This document shows positions 53,585-64,000 of a stretch of 64,000 nucleotides of DNA, in pieces. Positions within the stretch are counted from its first letter, which is position 1; every line of letters starts with the position of its first letter. A program made the translations under genes and the position numbers. The notes below the pieces were generated by a model. That model was not told where the DNA came from. It made no database searches and was given only the letters and a program-made list of their open reading frames with translations. Where the stretch lies: positions 7,626,001-7,690,000 of the forward strand of contig CM120643.1 of assembly GCA_051362555.1 (NCBI GenBank), given 5' to 3'. The DNA is from Lingula anatina (Eukaryota; Animalia; Brachiopoda).

Positions 53585-53825
53585 GTGTCACTAAGAACGG
53601 CAGAAAAACTGAACATTTTGTGGCATTGCCAAACAGTGTATATAGATGGGACTTTTCGTGTATGCCCGAGGCCCTATAAGCATGCAATTGCTGTTATTGT
53701 TGGCAATTTTAATGGGTATGGGCTGCCACTAGTCCATGCCTTGATGTGCAAAAGGACCATGGGTCACTATAGACAAGTGCTTCAAGCGGTGTGCAAGAGA
53801 ACAAGGGAACTTACCCACCACACAA
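53585..53825 (+). pseudogene. MULE (Mutator) transposase fragment
   Basis: LNIL..CQTVYIDGTFRVCPRPY..LPLVHALM.KRT..Y..VL. Confidence 0.85.
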
Positions 53826-56228
53826 AAATCTCTCGAGGCTGTTTTTGTGCCATTGGCATGCACAGATTTGTAATGACACACTTTTTCAATAGCAGTGCGT
53901 CCCAAGGGCGCATCAAAAATAAATAAAATTTAAATACAGTAAAAAAATGGAGTTTGTTTGTTCAACATATTTTAAATTGTTAAAATTGTGTATTTTTAAA
54001 CCCACCAAAATTTTACCAAACTTGGAACAAGTGTCAGTCATGAAAACTGCACTTCAAAGTTCTAATCTCGTCTACTGCGCACTTTCTCTGCATGGAGAGT
54101 ATCTTCTCTGCGTAAAGAGTACACCAGAAGTTATATGGCCACGTCAAAGCTTTCTTTTTTTGGCCGACGAGAGATACTCAGAATCTTGGTAATGTACTAG
54201 ACAGCGGGCTGATGGCAGATAATGGTCCATGGCAGCCTCCACTAAGTGGACCTTGGTCCAGAAGGAAGTTTCAACCTTAGTTGGCTTCAGAGATTCCCAT
54301 GGCTATGCTTTGACAAGGACAAATCAACCATGTGGTGTGCACCATGAAAAAAGGCAGGCAAATGTAATACAATGGCCCTGGGAGTATCGTCCAACTTTCA
54401 CACCAGTACACTCACCTAGCTGCCATGTTGGAATGACCGACCATGTGTATGCTATCCAGGTAACTTAAATAAATTTTATTCTGATTCAAAGTCAATTAAA
54501 AAACGAATGATTAAGTGTTTGCACGTGTGCAGCCTACTAAGAGATACACGCATGCATACAGGGAGTTGAAATCATAAGAACTGAGAAGGGAAGACCTTTT
54601 TGAGTTTCTTGTGTATTTGGCCTTGAGCAAGGTACTACGTTTTTGGTGGGATAAGCAGTCAATTAACACTATAATTATGTCTTTCATTTCTATCTGTGTT
54701 GTTTTGAATAAAATTTGGTATTTTATTGCCAAGTTTATGTACCGTATGATATAGAAATTATTATGCAAAATAGTGGGATTGCATTTTAGTTTGAGTATCA
54801 CTGATTGTTATATAGCTGAAGTTTGTAGACCTTTATTTGTAGGCCTGTAAGAAGTCAATATCAATATCAACATATATTGCACAAATTATATATATATATA
54901 TATATATATAAAATTCAACGAAACATTGGAGTCCATGGTGATGAAAGTGACAGGAAGACATGATTGAGACCAACAGTTACAGCACGTTAGCTTTTGTTAT
55001 AACACTGCTAAAAACAATACCACTGGATACTTGCCCTTCTTGATTGGTCTTAAACCCACATTCCAAACTAAGTAACAAAAAAAAATGTCCATTGAGTTTG
55101 ATTTTTCTTTTCAACTTATGCTAATGTATATTGAAAAACGATCTTATAATGGAGACCATGTGTGTTGCGTAAACGCAATGTATCATTCATTTGAAATACT
55201 GAGATGGTAAAATGACTAAAGATTCCTATTAGTAAGCAAAAAGAAGCAGTTAAAAGAATCTTTAAGATTAACTATCATAACGGCACATTTGAATACATCA
55301 CTGGGTTCCAAAACATGACAAAAACAATGACAATGACAAAGACATGTTGCCCTCAGTCCTGTACATGTGTTATAATTTTATGATGTCATCATGAATGTTA
55401 CAGCTTGGAAATAATAACCAAGGGACTAGAAACATGGAACAAGATCAAAGGATAATTGGCTTACTGCAAACTCTTCGTGAAATCATGTGCATTTGGATCA
55501 TGTGACCTCCCGTACAAATAGCGAGCATATTGTGGTTGTCGATTAACTTTTGTGTCATTTGGACAGGTAGAGGCAGTTTTTTGTGCGGATGAGACGATAA
55601 CGCTTACAGAGATTAAGTACAAGTACAATATGTTCTATTAGGGCTGTGCACCGGTACAGTACTGTAAAAATCAATTAGGTACGGGTCCAAAATACCTGAT
55701 TATGAAGTACCGGTACCGTACTGATATACATTTATACCAAGTAATGAAGTATGTGCTTATTTTGTGAATGAAAGATGCGTAAATCCTACCACAAAGACAA
55801 AAAATTGGCACTGGAAAAGAAGCCTATACATCAATCATAAAGTACAACTAGAGCAGATGATACATTGTAGTACTTTCCCTCCATAATGTTCATATTGTCA
55901 GTCATTGAGTGCAGTTATCGTCTGACGTCGATTGTTTTCTGTTTATCGCTCATTCCTCACAGTCTACAGGCAATCTGTGAACATTTGAGCTGGTAAATTA
56001 AAAATTTTCGTAGTCCATGCTGTTAAATAATATAATAGCACAGAATAAATAGATTATAATTGCAAACCCCTTTCTAATTTTTTTTTTTTTTTTTTTGCAT
56101 TTGTACAAGCAAAATATGAACACACTCATGGAGATATAGCTGCAATATATAATTAATAAATAACTGATTATGTAGATAAATGATATTTATTTATTATCAT
56201 TGTAATTTTAATTCTGTTCTTTTAAAAG

Positions 56229-56714
56229 ATGCCAGGAGGGAGTTTCTGTTGTCGTGTCCTATGTAGTGCTTCCTCGCAGAAATGCAAGGGTCTTTCTTTT
56301 CACAGCTTGCCTAAGAAAGGTAAAATTGATAAATAATTATCATTAAGAAAACCATTATACCATAACCTCTTCCCACCTTTTCCTCAAATGAATAACTAAC
56401 TACTTTCTCAAGAATTGTTAAATAAAATGTTATTTCAAGATGGATGTCATAATGCACATTTTATACCTTCAGAGCAGTACCTCCATGTCTGTTTATATGC
56501 TAGATTGTTGATTTCACAAAGAAACTCCCATTCCCAAGTAAAACACTTTCTCTACTTCTATGAATAAATCTTTTTATATCCACAGGGGTATCTGAGGTAA
56601 CAGATGGATGGAGGACCCAAGTGATCCAATACATCAACAGATGTGACAGCTCTTTTAACCCAGACAAAGCCATGATCTGTTCTAGGCATTTTGAAGAGGA
56701 TTGTTTCATAAAAT
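56229..56714 (+). CDS. Two-exon THAP zinc-finger N-terminus (transposase-derived)
   Basis: 56229-56319 spliced to 56586-56714 gives MPGGSFCCRVLC..GLSFHSLPKKG..W..YINR..FNP..MICSRHFEEDCF (C2CH THAP pattern). Confidence 0.85.
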
Positions 56715-56729
56715 GTACAACGCACCAAC

Positions 56730-56832
56730 ATAGCACTGTACGGAGATTTAGAAAGAAGGTTGGCTGGGTGAAGAGTGGGAAAGACTACTGTCAACTTGTA
56801 AGGTTGATCAACCGTCAGAAAAGAGTAAACTT
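56730..56832 (+). pseudogene. Tc1/mariner transposase fragment, in frame with the THAP exon
   Basis: STVRRFRKKVGWVKSGKDYCQLVRLINRQKRVN; paralog of 19208-19387. Confidence 0.75.
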
Positions 56833-57493
56833 GGTGCCAGAATTCTTTTTTTTTTTTCAGAAAGCCAAAAGAAGGATGCAGATCCTGTCTGCCCAAGGAT
56901 GGCAGACTGAGGTGCGGCAGGCACAAAGCAAGTGCGCCAATGCTATCAAGTACATGTCTAGCAATGAAAGCGACAAATTTGCCCAGGTTAAACATACCTT
57001 AGGTGTTATATTGAAAACAGCTCAGACAAGAGCAGAAGGTTCATGCAAAACAGGAAGACTGGAGCAAATCACATCAAATCTTTCCCTAATTGTCCAGAGG
57101 TTATGTCATGGTTTGTAAAAAGAGATTAAACATTTCAATTGTTTTCAGTTTACCTGACCAAATGCTGTGTAATTTCAAATAGTATAGAATTTTGGTTCAT
57201 TATTGTGAAGGTTTTATATGTAGTTTCATTACAGACTGAAGTTTACACCTGAAATGAAGTTGTAGCTTCATAGCTAGCTGTTTCTTTTTTATTGGCCATT
57301 TTTGTGTCACATACATAACTGCCAGAAGTAATTTAATTTGAATATGTTCCAGGAAATGCACACATTTTTTATCTTTACTGAGAGTGTACCCTATTTATTT
57401 GACATACAATAAATGATATAAGTTTATTTAATGTTTTTTTTTTTTTTTGTCTTATCAAAATATGATTTTATGCCCCCGACTAACATTACATTT

Positions 57494-60108
57494 AACTAGA
57501 GGATCAGAGAGGCGATACCGCCTCCGAATATTGTACCACCAGCTGGAGCAAGCGCATTCGTATAGACCCCCACATACACAAAGTAAGGGACACAGCCACC
57601 AGTCTTGTGCTTGACAAGCTGTAAAAATGCAATCAACAAGAATTTTCAAAATATGCAACAAAAAAATATAACTTAAAATGGTACAATCAAAGTGAATTCA
57701 TTGTAAGGTAGGTCAAAGGTCAATTTTAAGGTCACATTTAGATTGCCAGTATATGACTTCCTATTCAAGTTCAATAGTAACTATGGACCTATCTCTGCCA
57801 GTTTTGGAGATAAAAGGGAAGCAAAATTTGCAAAGTTCAGTTCATGGTGAAAAGTAGGTCAAAGGTCAATTTCAAGGTCACAGTAAGATTGCCAGTATAC
57901 GACTTCCTATTCAACTTCAATAGTAACTATGGACCTATCTCTGCCAGTTTTGGAGATATAATGTTATAATTTTGGAGTTACCATAATGTGCCATAAATTT
58001 CCTACAGAAAAAATTAATTAAAATAAAGAAAAGGTCATTTTGGTCAAAATTCTTGAAATGGGAGTTGTTCTGAAGTTCGAGATGTTCAAATTTGATGATA
58101 TAATGTCATTTTTGACCACGAGTTGTCTGCTTTGCCAAGCCTTATGTTTTATTTTTCTGGAGTTCAAAATTTATTATCCATTACCGTACTGCACATTTTG
58201 CTTTCACCACCAATGTACTTTTTGATACAGCGTAACTTTGGAGATAAAAGGGTAGCAAAATTTGCAAAGTTCAGTTCATGGTGAAAAGTAGGTCAAAGGT
58301 CAATTTTAAGGTCACATTTAGATTGCCAGTATATGACTTCCTATTCAAGTTCTATAGTAATTATGGACCTATCTCAGCCAGTTTTGGAGATAAAAGGGAA
58401 GCAAAATATGCAAAGTTCAGTTCATGGTGAAAAGAAGGTCAAAGGTCAATTTCAAGGTCACAGTAAATTGCCAGAATATGACTTCATATTTAACTTCAAT
58501 AGTAACTATGGACCTATCTCTGCCAGGTTTGGAGTTAAAAGAGAAAGAAATTAGCAGAGTTCAGTTCATGATAATAAGAAGGTCAAAGGTCAATTTCAAG
58601 GTCACACTTAGATTGCCAGGATATGACTTCCTATTCAAGTTCAATAGCAACTATGGACCTATCTCTGCCAGTTTTGGAGATAAAAGGGAAGCAAAATTTG
58701 CAAAGTTCAATTCATGGTGAAAAGTAGGTCAAAGGTCAATTTTAAGGTCACATTAAGATTGCCAGTATATGACTTCCTATTCAAGTTCAATAGAAAATAT
58801 GGACCTATCTCTGCCAGTTTTGGAGATAAAAGGGAAGCAAAATTTGCAAAGTTCAATTCATGGTGAAAAGTAGGTCAAAGGTCAATTTTAAGGTCACATT
58901 TAGATTGCCAGTATATGACTTCCTATTCAAGTTCAATAGTAACTATGGACCTATCTCTGCCAGTTTTGGAGATAAAAGGGAAGCAAAATTTGCAAAGTTC
59001 AGTTCATGGTGAAAAGTAGGTCAAAGGTCAATTTCAAGGTCACAGTAAGATTGCCAGTATATGACTTCCTATTCAACTTCAATAGTAACTATGGACCTAT
59101 CTCTGCCAGTTTTGGAGATATAAGGGACTAAATGTTATAATTTTGGAGTTACCATAATGTGCCATAACTTTCCTACAGAAAAAAATTAATTAAAATAAAG
59201 AAAAGGTCATTTTGGTCATAATTCTTGAAATGGGAGGTGCTCTGAAGTTCCAGAAGTTTAAATTTGATGAAATAATGTCATTTTTGACCACAAGTTGTCT
59301 GCTTTGCCAAGCCTTATATATTTTTTTTTCTGGAGTTCAAATTTTATTATCCATTAACGTACTTCAAATTTTGCTTTCACCACCAATATGTACTTTTTGA
59401 TACAGCGTAACTCGAAAACCGTATGGAATACAAAAAAACGGAGACCACCTCCACCTCTACATGCTCTACAAAATGCAAAAAAGAATGGGTCTCTAGCATT
59501 TACGGTTCCCGAATTAGAGACAGTTTTCAGTTTCGGTATCTTATGGCTGCTACTCCCGTGAAAATGCACCGATTGACCCCCAATTCACGGAGATGAAAGA
59601 TGACCTGAAGGGTAACAACTTCCAATAATATTATTGGTTAAGTCTGTGTGGTGTCTGAATAACAGGGCAAATAATTTTTTTTTTTCGTAAAAAAATTAAT
59701 TTTTTTGAAAATTTTGCCCCGTTTGACCTTGAAATAAAGGTCAAAGGTCAAATCCAAGGGCATATTTGAAATCTACACATATGACTTTTGGAAAGCCGTC
59801 TGTAGAAATTTTTCCCATAATTCCATCCGTAGGGTAGATAATTAGCATTTAATTTTGCCATTTTTAGACAAGGGTGCATTGCAATGAGTGCCACACCTAG
59901 ACCCCAATACCGACAAAGCCCAAATTTTACGTGGAACGAGTTGAGATTATAGGTGACCTAAATCCAAGAGATGGGTACGGGGGCCCTTACCGTCTAGGAG
60001 GAGAAGCGGTAACGGTAGCCGTCCGGCGGAGCCGCAGGAGCCGGCGGAACGATCCAGACGGGACTTAAACCATGTGTACCGCCAGCGCTAACGCTGGTGG
60101 TACAATAA
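57494..60108 (-). mobile_element. Complete Helentron-associated non-autonomous element (HINE/DINE-1-like)
   Basis: Perfect 15-bp subterminal inverted repeats (57529-57543 and 60093-60107); hairpin overlapping the 60108 end; GAGGCG-ATAC-CGCCTC stem-loop at 57509-57524; minus-strand end CTAGTT; internal tandem array. Confidence 0.85.
57711..59120. repeat. 146-bp tandem array inside the HINE (2 + 6 units)
   Basis: GGTCAAAGGTCAA at 57711, 57857, 58291, 58437, 58581, 58727, 58873 and 59019. Confidence 0.95.
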
Positions 60109-60869
60109 GCTACAAAAGTAGTAGAAATGTACTCTTTTCTATTGTTAAAAGGCATAAAAAGCTGATCTTTCCTGTGTTAAAAAGGTGTACAAAATTAGCC
60201 ATTTTCATACATTTTATATATCAAAATATCACATGTTCGTAGAAAAAAAGTTGATTTTGTGACACGAAAAAGGTAAGGGAAGCAGGCCATTCATATGCCT
60301 TTCGACATGCAAAAGTCTTAAGAATGTTGATCTTTATAATGCCTTTTTTGTCAAACAAAAGAGAAATTTTGTTGTAAAAGGCATATAAAAGTTAACCTTT
60401 TGTGTATAAAAAAGAAGAAGAAAAGAGGGCCATGATTTGTACATCTTTTTCTCTGTATAATAGCCATTCAGAAGATTATCTTTTACATATTTCCTAAAAA
60501 TTCAAAAGGTCCAAGAAAGGTGTAGAAAGATGGGTAAAAGAGGGCCTTTTAATCAACTTTCAGGAAATACAAAAGCCAAATTTTCATGCAGTGTAAGGTA
60601 CAGTCCTCTTGGCCTCTGGTTTAGGGATGCAACCCAGGTATTTTACTTTGCATTTTGGTACAAAATATTTAGCATTTTTATTTTCTTGATTTGTAGGCAC
60701 GCAGAAGTGCTTGGGATAATTTCCTAGCTTGTTTTGGACTGAGAAGAAACCCTGGTCAGTTAATAGTGTTTCTAGTCTGACAACCGCTTTGAAGGAGGTA
60801 ACACTGTATGTTTTAACAAACAGTTGTTACTCATTTTATTGAAAAATTTTAAATGTTGTAACTGCACCT

Positions 60870-60980
60870 TACCAAGCCGTATGCTTTACCTGGGTAGGCC
60901 TGCAACCTGTAGTTACAGCTGGAATTCACATTCATCACGTTGGATCACGTTGGGTTGTGTCTGCAAGTTTTAGCAACAAA
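60870..60980 (+). pseudogene. Possible ULP1/SENP-like protease fragment
   Basis: YQAVCF..GIHIHHVGSRWVVS resembles the QIxHxGxxHWV motif of transposon-borne ULP1. Confidence 0.35.
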
Positions 60981-61951
60981 GAACTTGAGTATGTCTCTCT
61001 AACTCCAAGAATGACACAGGGATATGAACATAAAGAAATACCACAATTACAGGTCCTAGAACCAGATGGAACCCTCATGGACACAAAAAAATTTAAGAAG
61101 GACCTAGAAAAGTGTAAAATGGAACTGACCCAGAATTTTAGATAATGGGATAATTTTTTTTAAATCAAGAGAAGACTGCAAGTCTTCATTTCCTCTACCT
61201 CCCACAAATACCTGGCCACTATTGAATCTACATGTAAGTTATTATATACACCATTGAATTTCATAAATAAGCATTGGTCATTTAACAGATTTTTACCATT
61301 TTCATTTGCCTAAGGACCCACGTATAGTAAAGAAAACAACTACCCAATATGACATTATAAGTAAATGTGGTGGAGAAAATTTTTTTATTTTGGGATTGTT
61401 CACAGCATTTGCCATCAAATCCAAGACATTCAGCGCATATCTGACAATTTTGTTCTTAGCCTCCAGATAAATGTAGATGGGCTACCTCTGTTTAAGAATA
61501 CTAGTCACAATTTCTGGCCTATAATGGGGAGAATTGTAAATATTCCTAACCAATACAGTAAGCCTTTTATCATTGCATTATATTCAGGCACAGCAAAGCC
61601 CAATGATATCAATGAATATTTTCATGATTTTATTGATGAATTTAAACAAATTCAGGGAGGTTTCCCCTGTCATTGGAAACGTTTATTTATTTATTGCTAT
61701 CCATTCATTCATTTGTGATACACCTGCCAGTCCCTTCGTGAAAAATGTCAAGTCTTTCTCTGGTTATCATGGGTGTGATAAGTATATTCAAGCAGACAAG
61801 TGGATGGGAAAAATGACCTAGTTCCACCCCAATCCCTCATACACGGTGGGTTAATCCAGTGGCATAAACTGGCAAATTCCGTTACTATGACAATGCCAGT
61901 AAATGCCAGTAAGTTTCTGCCAGTGAAATTATTTTTCTTATATATAGCCTC

Positions 61952-62026
61952 AACCTAAACCTATACAACTAACCCTAACCGGACCCAGAATTTAACCCTA
62001 AGTCCGAAAATTAACCCTAACCCTAA
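61952..62026. repeat. Degenerate telomere-type (TAACCC)n repeats
   Basis: Exact TAACCC at 61970, 61993, 62012 and 62018, plus variants. Confidence 0.8.
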
Positions 62027-62102
62027 ATCACGTGATCACGTTGCATGCGCACGCGCGCACGGCCATAACGGCCTTACGTCATATCAGCGTTGGTCACTTC
62101 CA
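62027..62102 (+). promoter_or_regulatory. CpG-rich promoter-like block
   Basis: E-box CACGTG (62029), NRF1-like TGCGCACGCGCGCA, CRE-like TTACGTCA and ETS-like CACTTCC. Confidence 0.5.
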
Positions 62103-62396
62103 CTCCGTTCAATCCTAGCGATAAGACGTGTTTTCTGGAGGCTCCAAAACGGCTCATATTTGCGGAGAAACCTGTTTTTTCGGCATTCTGTGCTTATATC
62201 CAACGTGCAAACTACCTTTGAAAGTATTGGAGAGGATTTTTATTCTTAGAAAGGAGACATACAACGCCAAACGGAGATTTGAACGGCGACCGCCATCTTG
62301 TAAAACCTTCGAGGATTTATTGGATTATTACAAAGGACAACCGGAATACAAAGGATATACAGAACTAGCGGAATATTTTAAAAAGAAGGATTAAAC

Positions 62397-63233
62397 ATGC
62401 CAGCAATACCTCCTGTTCACTTTGGAGCACCTACTTTTCAATTTGGAGATCCTGCACCTCCACCTTACGGTCAGGTAAGAGCACAACGTAAAGCAAATTG
62501 GTGTTTTACTAGCAGACAAACCAATACGGTTGCCTTCCCTGTCACTGATCACTATGGAGCAGGACCGTTCCACTATAATTCCCTTGCCTACAAGATTATT
62601 GTTGGACCGGTGGAGCAACCAGACCAGTTCGAGAATGTTGCACATCGCCACGGTATCATTAGAATGTTAAATGGAGCTGTTATTACTGCACGGCAGGCCC
62701 TTTCTATTCTTCATCGCCATGGATTAGCAGATCCCATGGAGGATGAAATTTATCTTCAGCCCTTAAAGGGTACTTTTGGAGGATATGTGGAATACTGCTT
62801 CAAATCGGAACAACAGGCACGCAATAGGAGGAGCGTCGCCCAAGGAGGAGGAGATGCCGAGGACATCGAAACACAGGAGGATGTTACATCAATCCCTGCA
62901 GTAGGATCGGAGAAAGACGTCATGATCAAGTCTGCCATAGATTCTATCAGGCAATCAGGTGAGGTCGTAGATTATACTAGCTTACGTAGTGAAATCATTC
63001 GTTCTCACGGGGTCCATCAATGGACCAAAGTTATCAAAATTGCAGAAGAATACTTGGCCCATATGGCCTCCTCAGATAGCAGGCGAGTTATTGATGTTCC
63101 TTATGACGATGACGCCAATGTAGAGCAATACTTGAAAGCTTTTGCGGCATTTGAAAATGCTATTGCTGATAATTTAAACACCAATGGTTTAGATACCTGT
63201 CATTCAGCACCGATATTTCTTTTGATAAAATAA
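62397..63233 (+). CDS. rep: Rolling-circle HUH endonuclease (CRESS-DNA virus Rep-like), truncated at the insert boundary
   Basis: Motif I WCFT (62499-62510), motif II E..AHRHGII (62643-62651) and motif III YVEYCFK (62784-62804) in the expected order and spacing. AAACATG start; no stops over ~268 codons; the last ~10 codons read through into the flank; no Walker A seen. Confidence 0.75.
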   Translation: MPAIPPVHFGAPTFQFGDPAPPPYGQVRAQRKANWCFTSRQTNTVAFPVTDHYGAGPFHYNSLAYKIIVGPVEQPDQFENVAHRHGIIRMLNGAVITARQALSILHRHGLADPMEDEIYLQPLKGTFGGYVEYCFKSEQQARNRRSVAQGGGDAEDIETQEDVTSIPAVGSEKDVMIKSAIDSIRQSGEVVDYTSLRSEIIRSHGVHQWTKVIKIAEEYLAHMASSDSRRVIDVPYDDDANVEQYLKAFAAFENAIADNLNTNGLDTCHSAPIFLLIK

Positions 63234-64000
63234 AAAGATGAAGACCATCACATGGGACCTACCCCTTTATCTCAGCTAAACATTGAAATGGTGTCATGCT
63301 TTCCTCTTGATTATATGCACCTTGTTTGTCTGGGGGTAGTGAAAAGGCTGTTAAATCTGTGGATGAAGGGCCCATTATCCTGTAGAATTGTTAATAGGGT
63401 ATTGCAAGAAATATCAAGACGTTTAGTGGCCTTAAAAGACAGTATACCATCAGAGTTTGCAAGAAAACCTTGATCACTCTTTGAAATTGCATACTGGAAA
63501 GCAACTGAGTTTCGGCAGTTCCTTCTGTACACAGGTCCAATATCACTGTTTGAAATTGTGCCTGCAACTGTGTATTAAAACTTTATATTATGAAGCTGGG
63601 ATACATTTAAAAAAGCAGCTGGCATTTGCCAAGATGCATGCTACAATACAATCAAGAGTCACTGGTAAGATGGGCCAGTTGAAGCATATCACAGAGCTTG
63701 TTACCAAGATTACACCAACACAGAACACCCTTACAAGGCTGAAAAAGAAAAGGTCAAGAACTGATGCTGACAATTTTACATATTGCATGTTGGTTTCTTC
63801 CTTGCTTTCCATTTTTAAAGCTCTATCCTTTCTTTTATTTGTTAGCTTTTGCCTTGAAAATGCCTCCACCAAAGCATTTGCATTCATCTGTGCTTTTTTG
63901 GGACTTATGTTACTCAGCATGAGCTATATTATTTGGCTCCATTGGAAGAAGGTACTGGAACAAAATTTTGTGTTGCACTTGCATATTTGGGCACTTTGAT

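Larger units (their letters stand above)
61841..63199 (+). mobile_element. HUH-Rep-encoding insertion flanked by a TCAT duplication
   Basis: TCAT at 61837-61840 and 63200-63203; removing the insert restores transposase spacing (MT*FHPNPSFSTDISFDK). Visibly richer in GC and CpG than the flanks. Confidence 0.8.
61290..63560 (+). pseudogene. EnSpm/CACTA-like transposase, degenerate and split by the 61841-63199 insert
   Basis: LPKDPR..FYFGI..LQINVDGLPLFK..FWPIMGRI..PFIIALYSG..KP..FICDTPA..FVKNVK..GYHGCDK..GKMT; resumes TDISF..DEDHHMG.TPL..FPLDYMHLVCLGVVKRLL..IPSEFARKP..WKATEFRQFLLYTGP. Confidence 0.92.

Noticed and set aside
53950-54470. Coding-like segment between the MULE and THAP fragments (also 24100-24560 and 46900-47470)
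   Set aside because: No frame gave a motif I could recognise; left unannotated.
61952-62026. True chromosome end or telomere fusion site
   Set aside because: Only four exact units, internal to an insertion and flanked by continuous transposase sequence.
62323-62331. GATTATTAC matching the CRESS nonanucleotide NANTATTAC
   Set aside because: No enclosing GC stem, and it lies inside the small ORF; likely chance in AT-rich DNA.
63457-63999. 180-aa ORF and overlapping minus ORF at the window end
   Set aside because: It starts out of frame with the transposase, crosses a junction near 63580 and has no recognisable domain.

Overview
AT-rich, intron-containing eukaryotic DNA, most likely an invertebrate animal (inferred from the transposon families and TAACCC-type repeats; the species cannot be determined). 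The window is dominated by decayed transposons: Gypsy, hAT, Penelope, L1/Tx1, Rex1, Tc1, Harbinger, MULE, THAP, EnSpm/CACTA-like, Helentron-type non-autonomous elements, several MITEs and satellites. One apparently intact host gene is missed by the ORF track: a 12-exon CBM20 (starch/glycogen-binding) protein with duplicated symmetric micro-exons (24798-28517, +). The main finding is a 1.36-kb insert (61841-63199) inside an EnSpm-like transposase, flanked by a TCAT duplication. It carries a CACTA-like terminus, degenerate telomere-type repeats, a CpG-rich promoter-like block and a stop-free ORF with rolling-circle HUH-endonuclease motifs I-III (WCFT / HRH / YxxYCxK), resembling CRESS-DNA virus Rep. 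All family assignments come from motif recognition by eye; no database searches were run.
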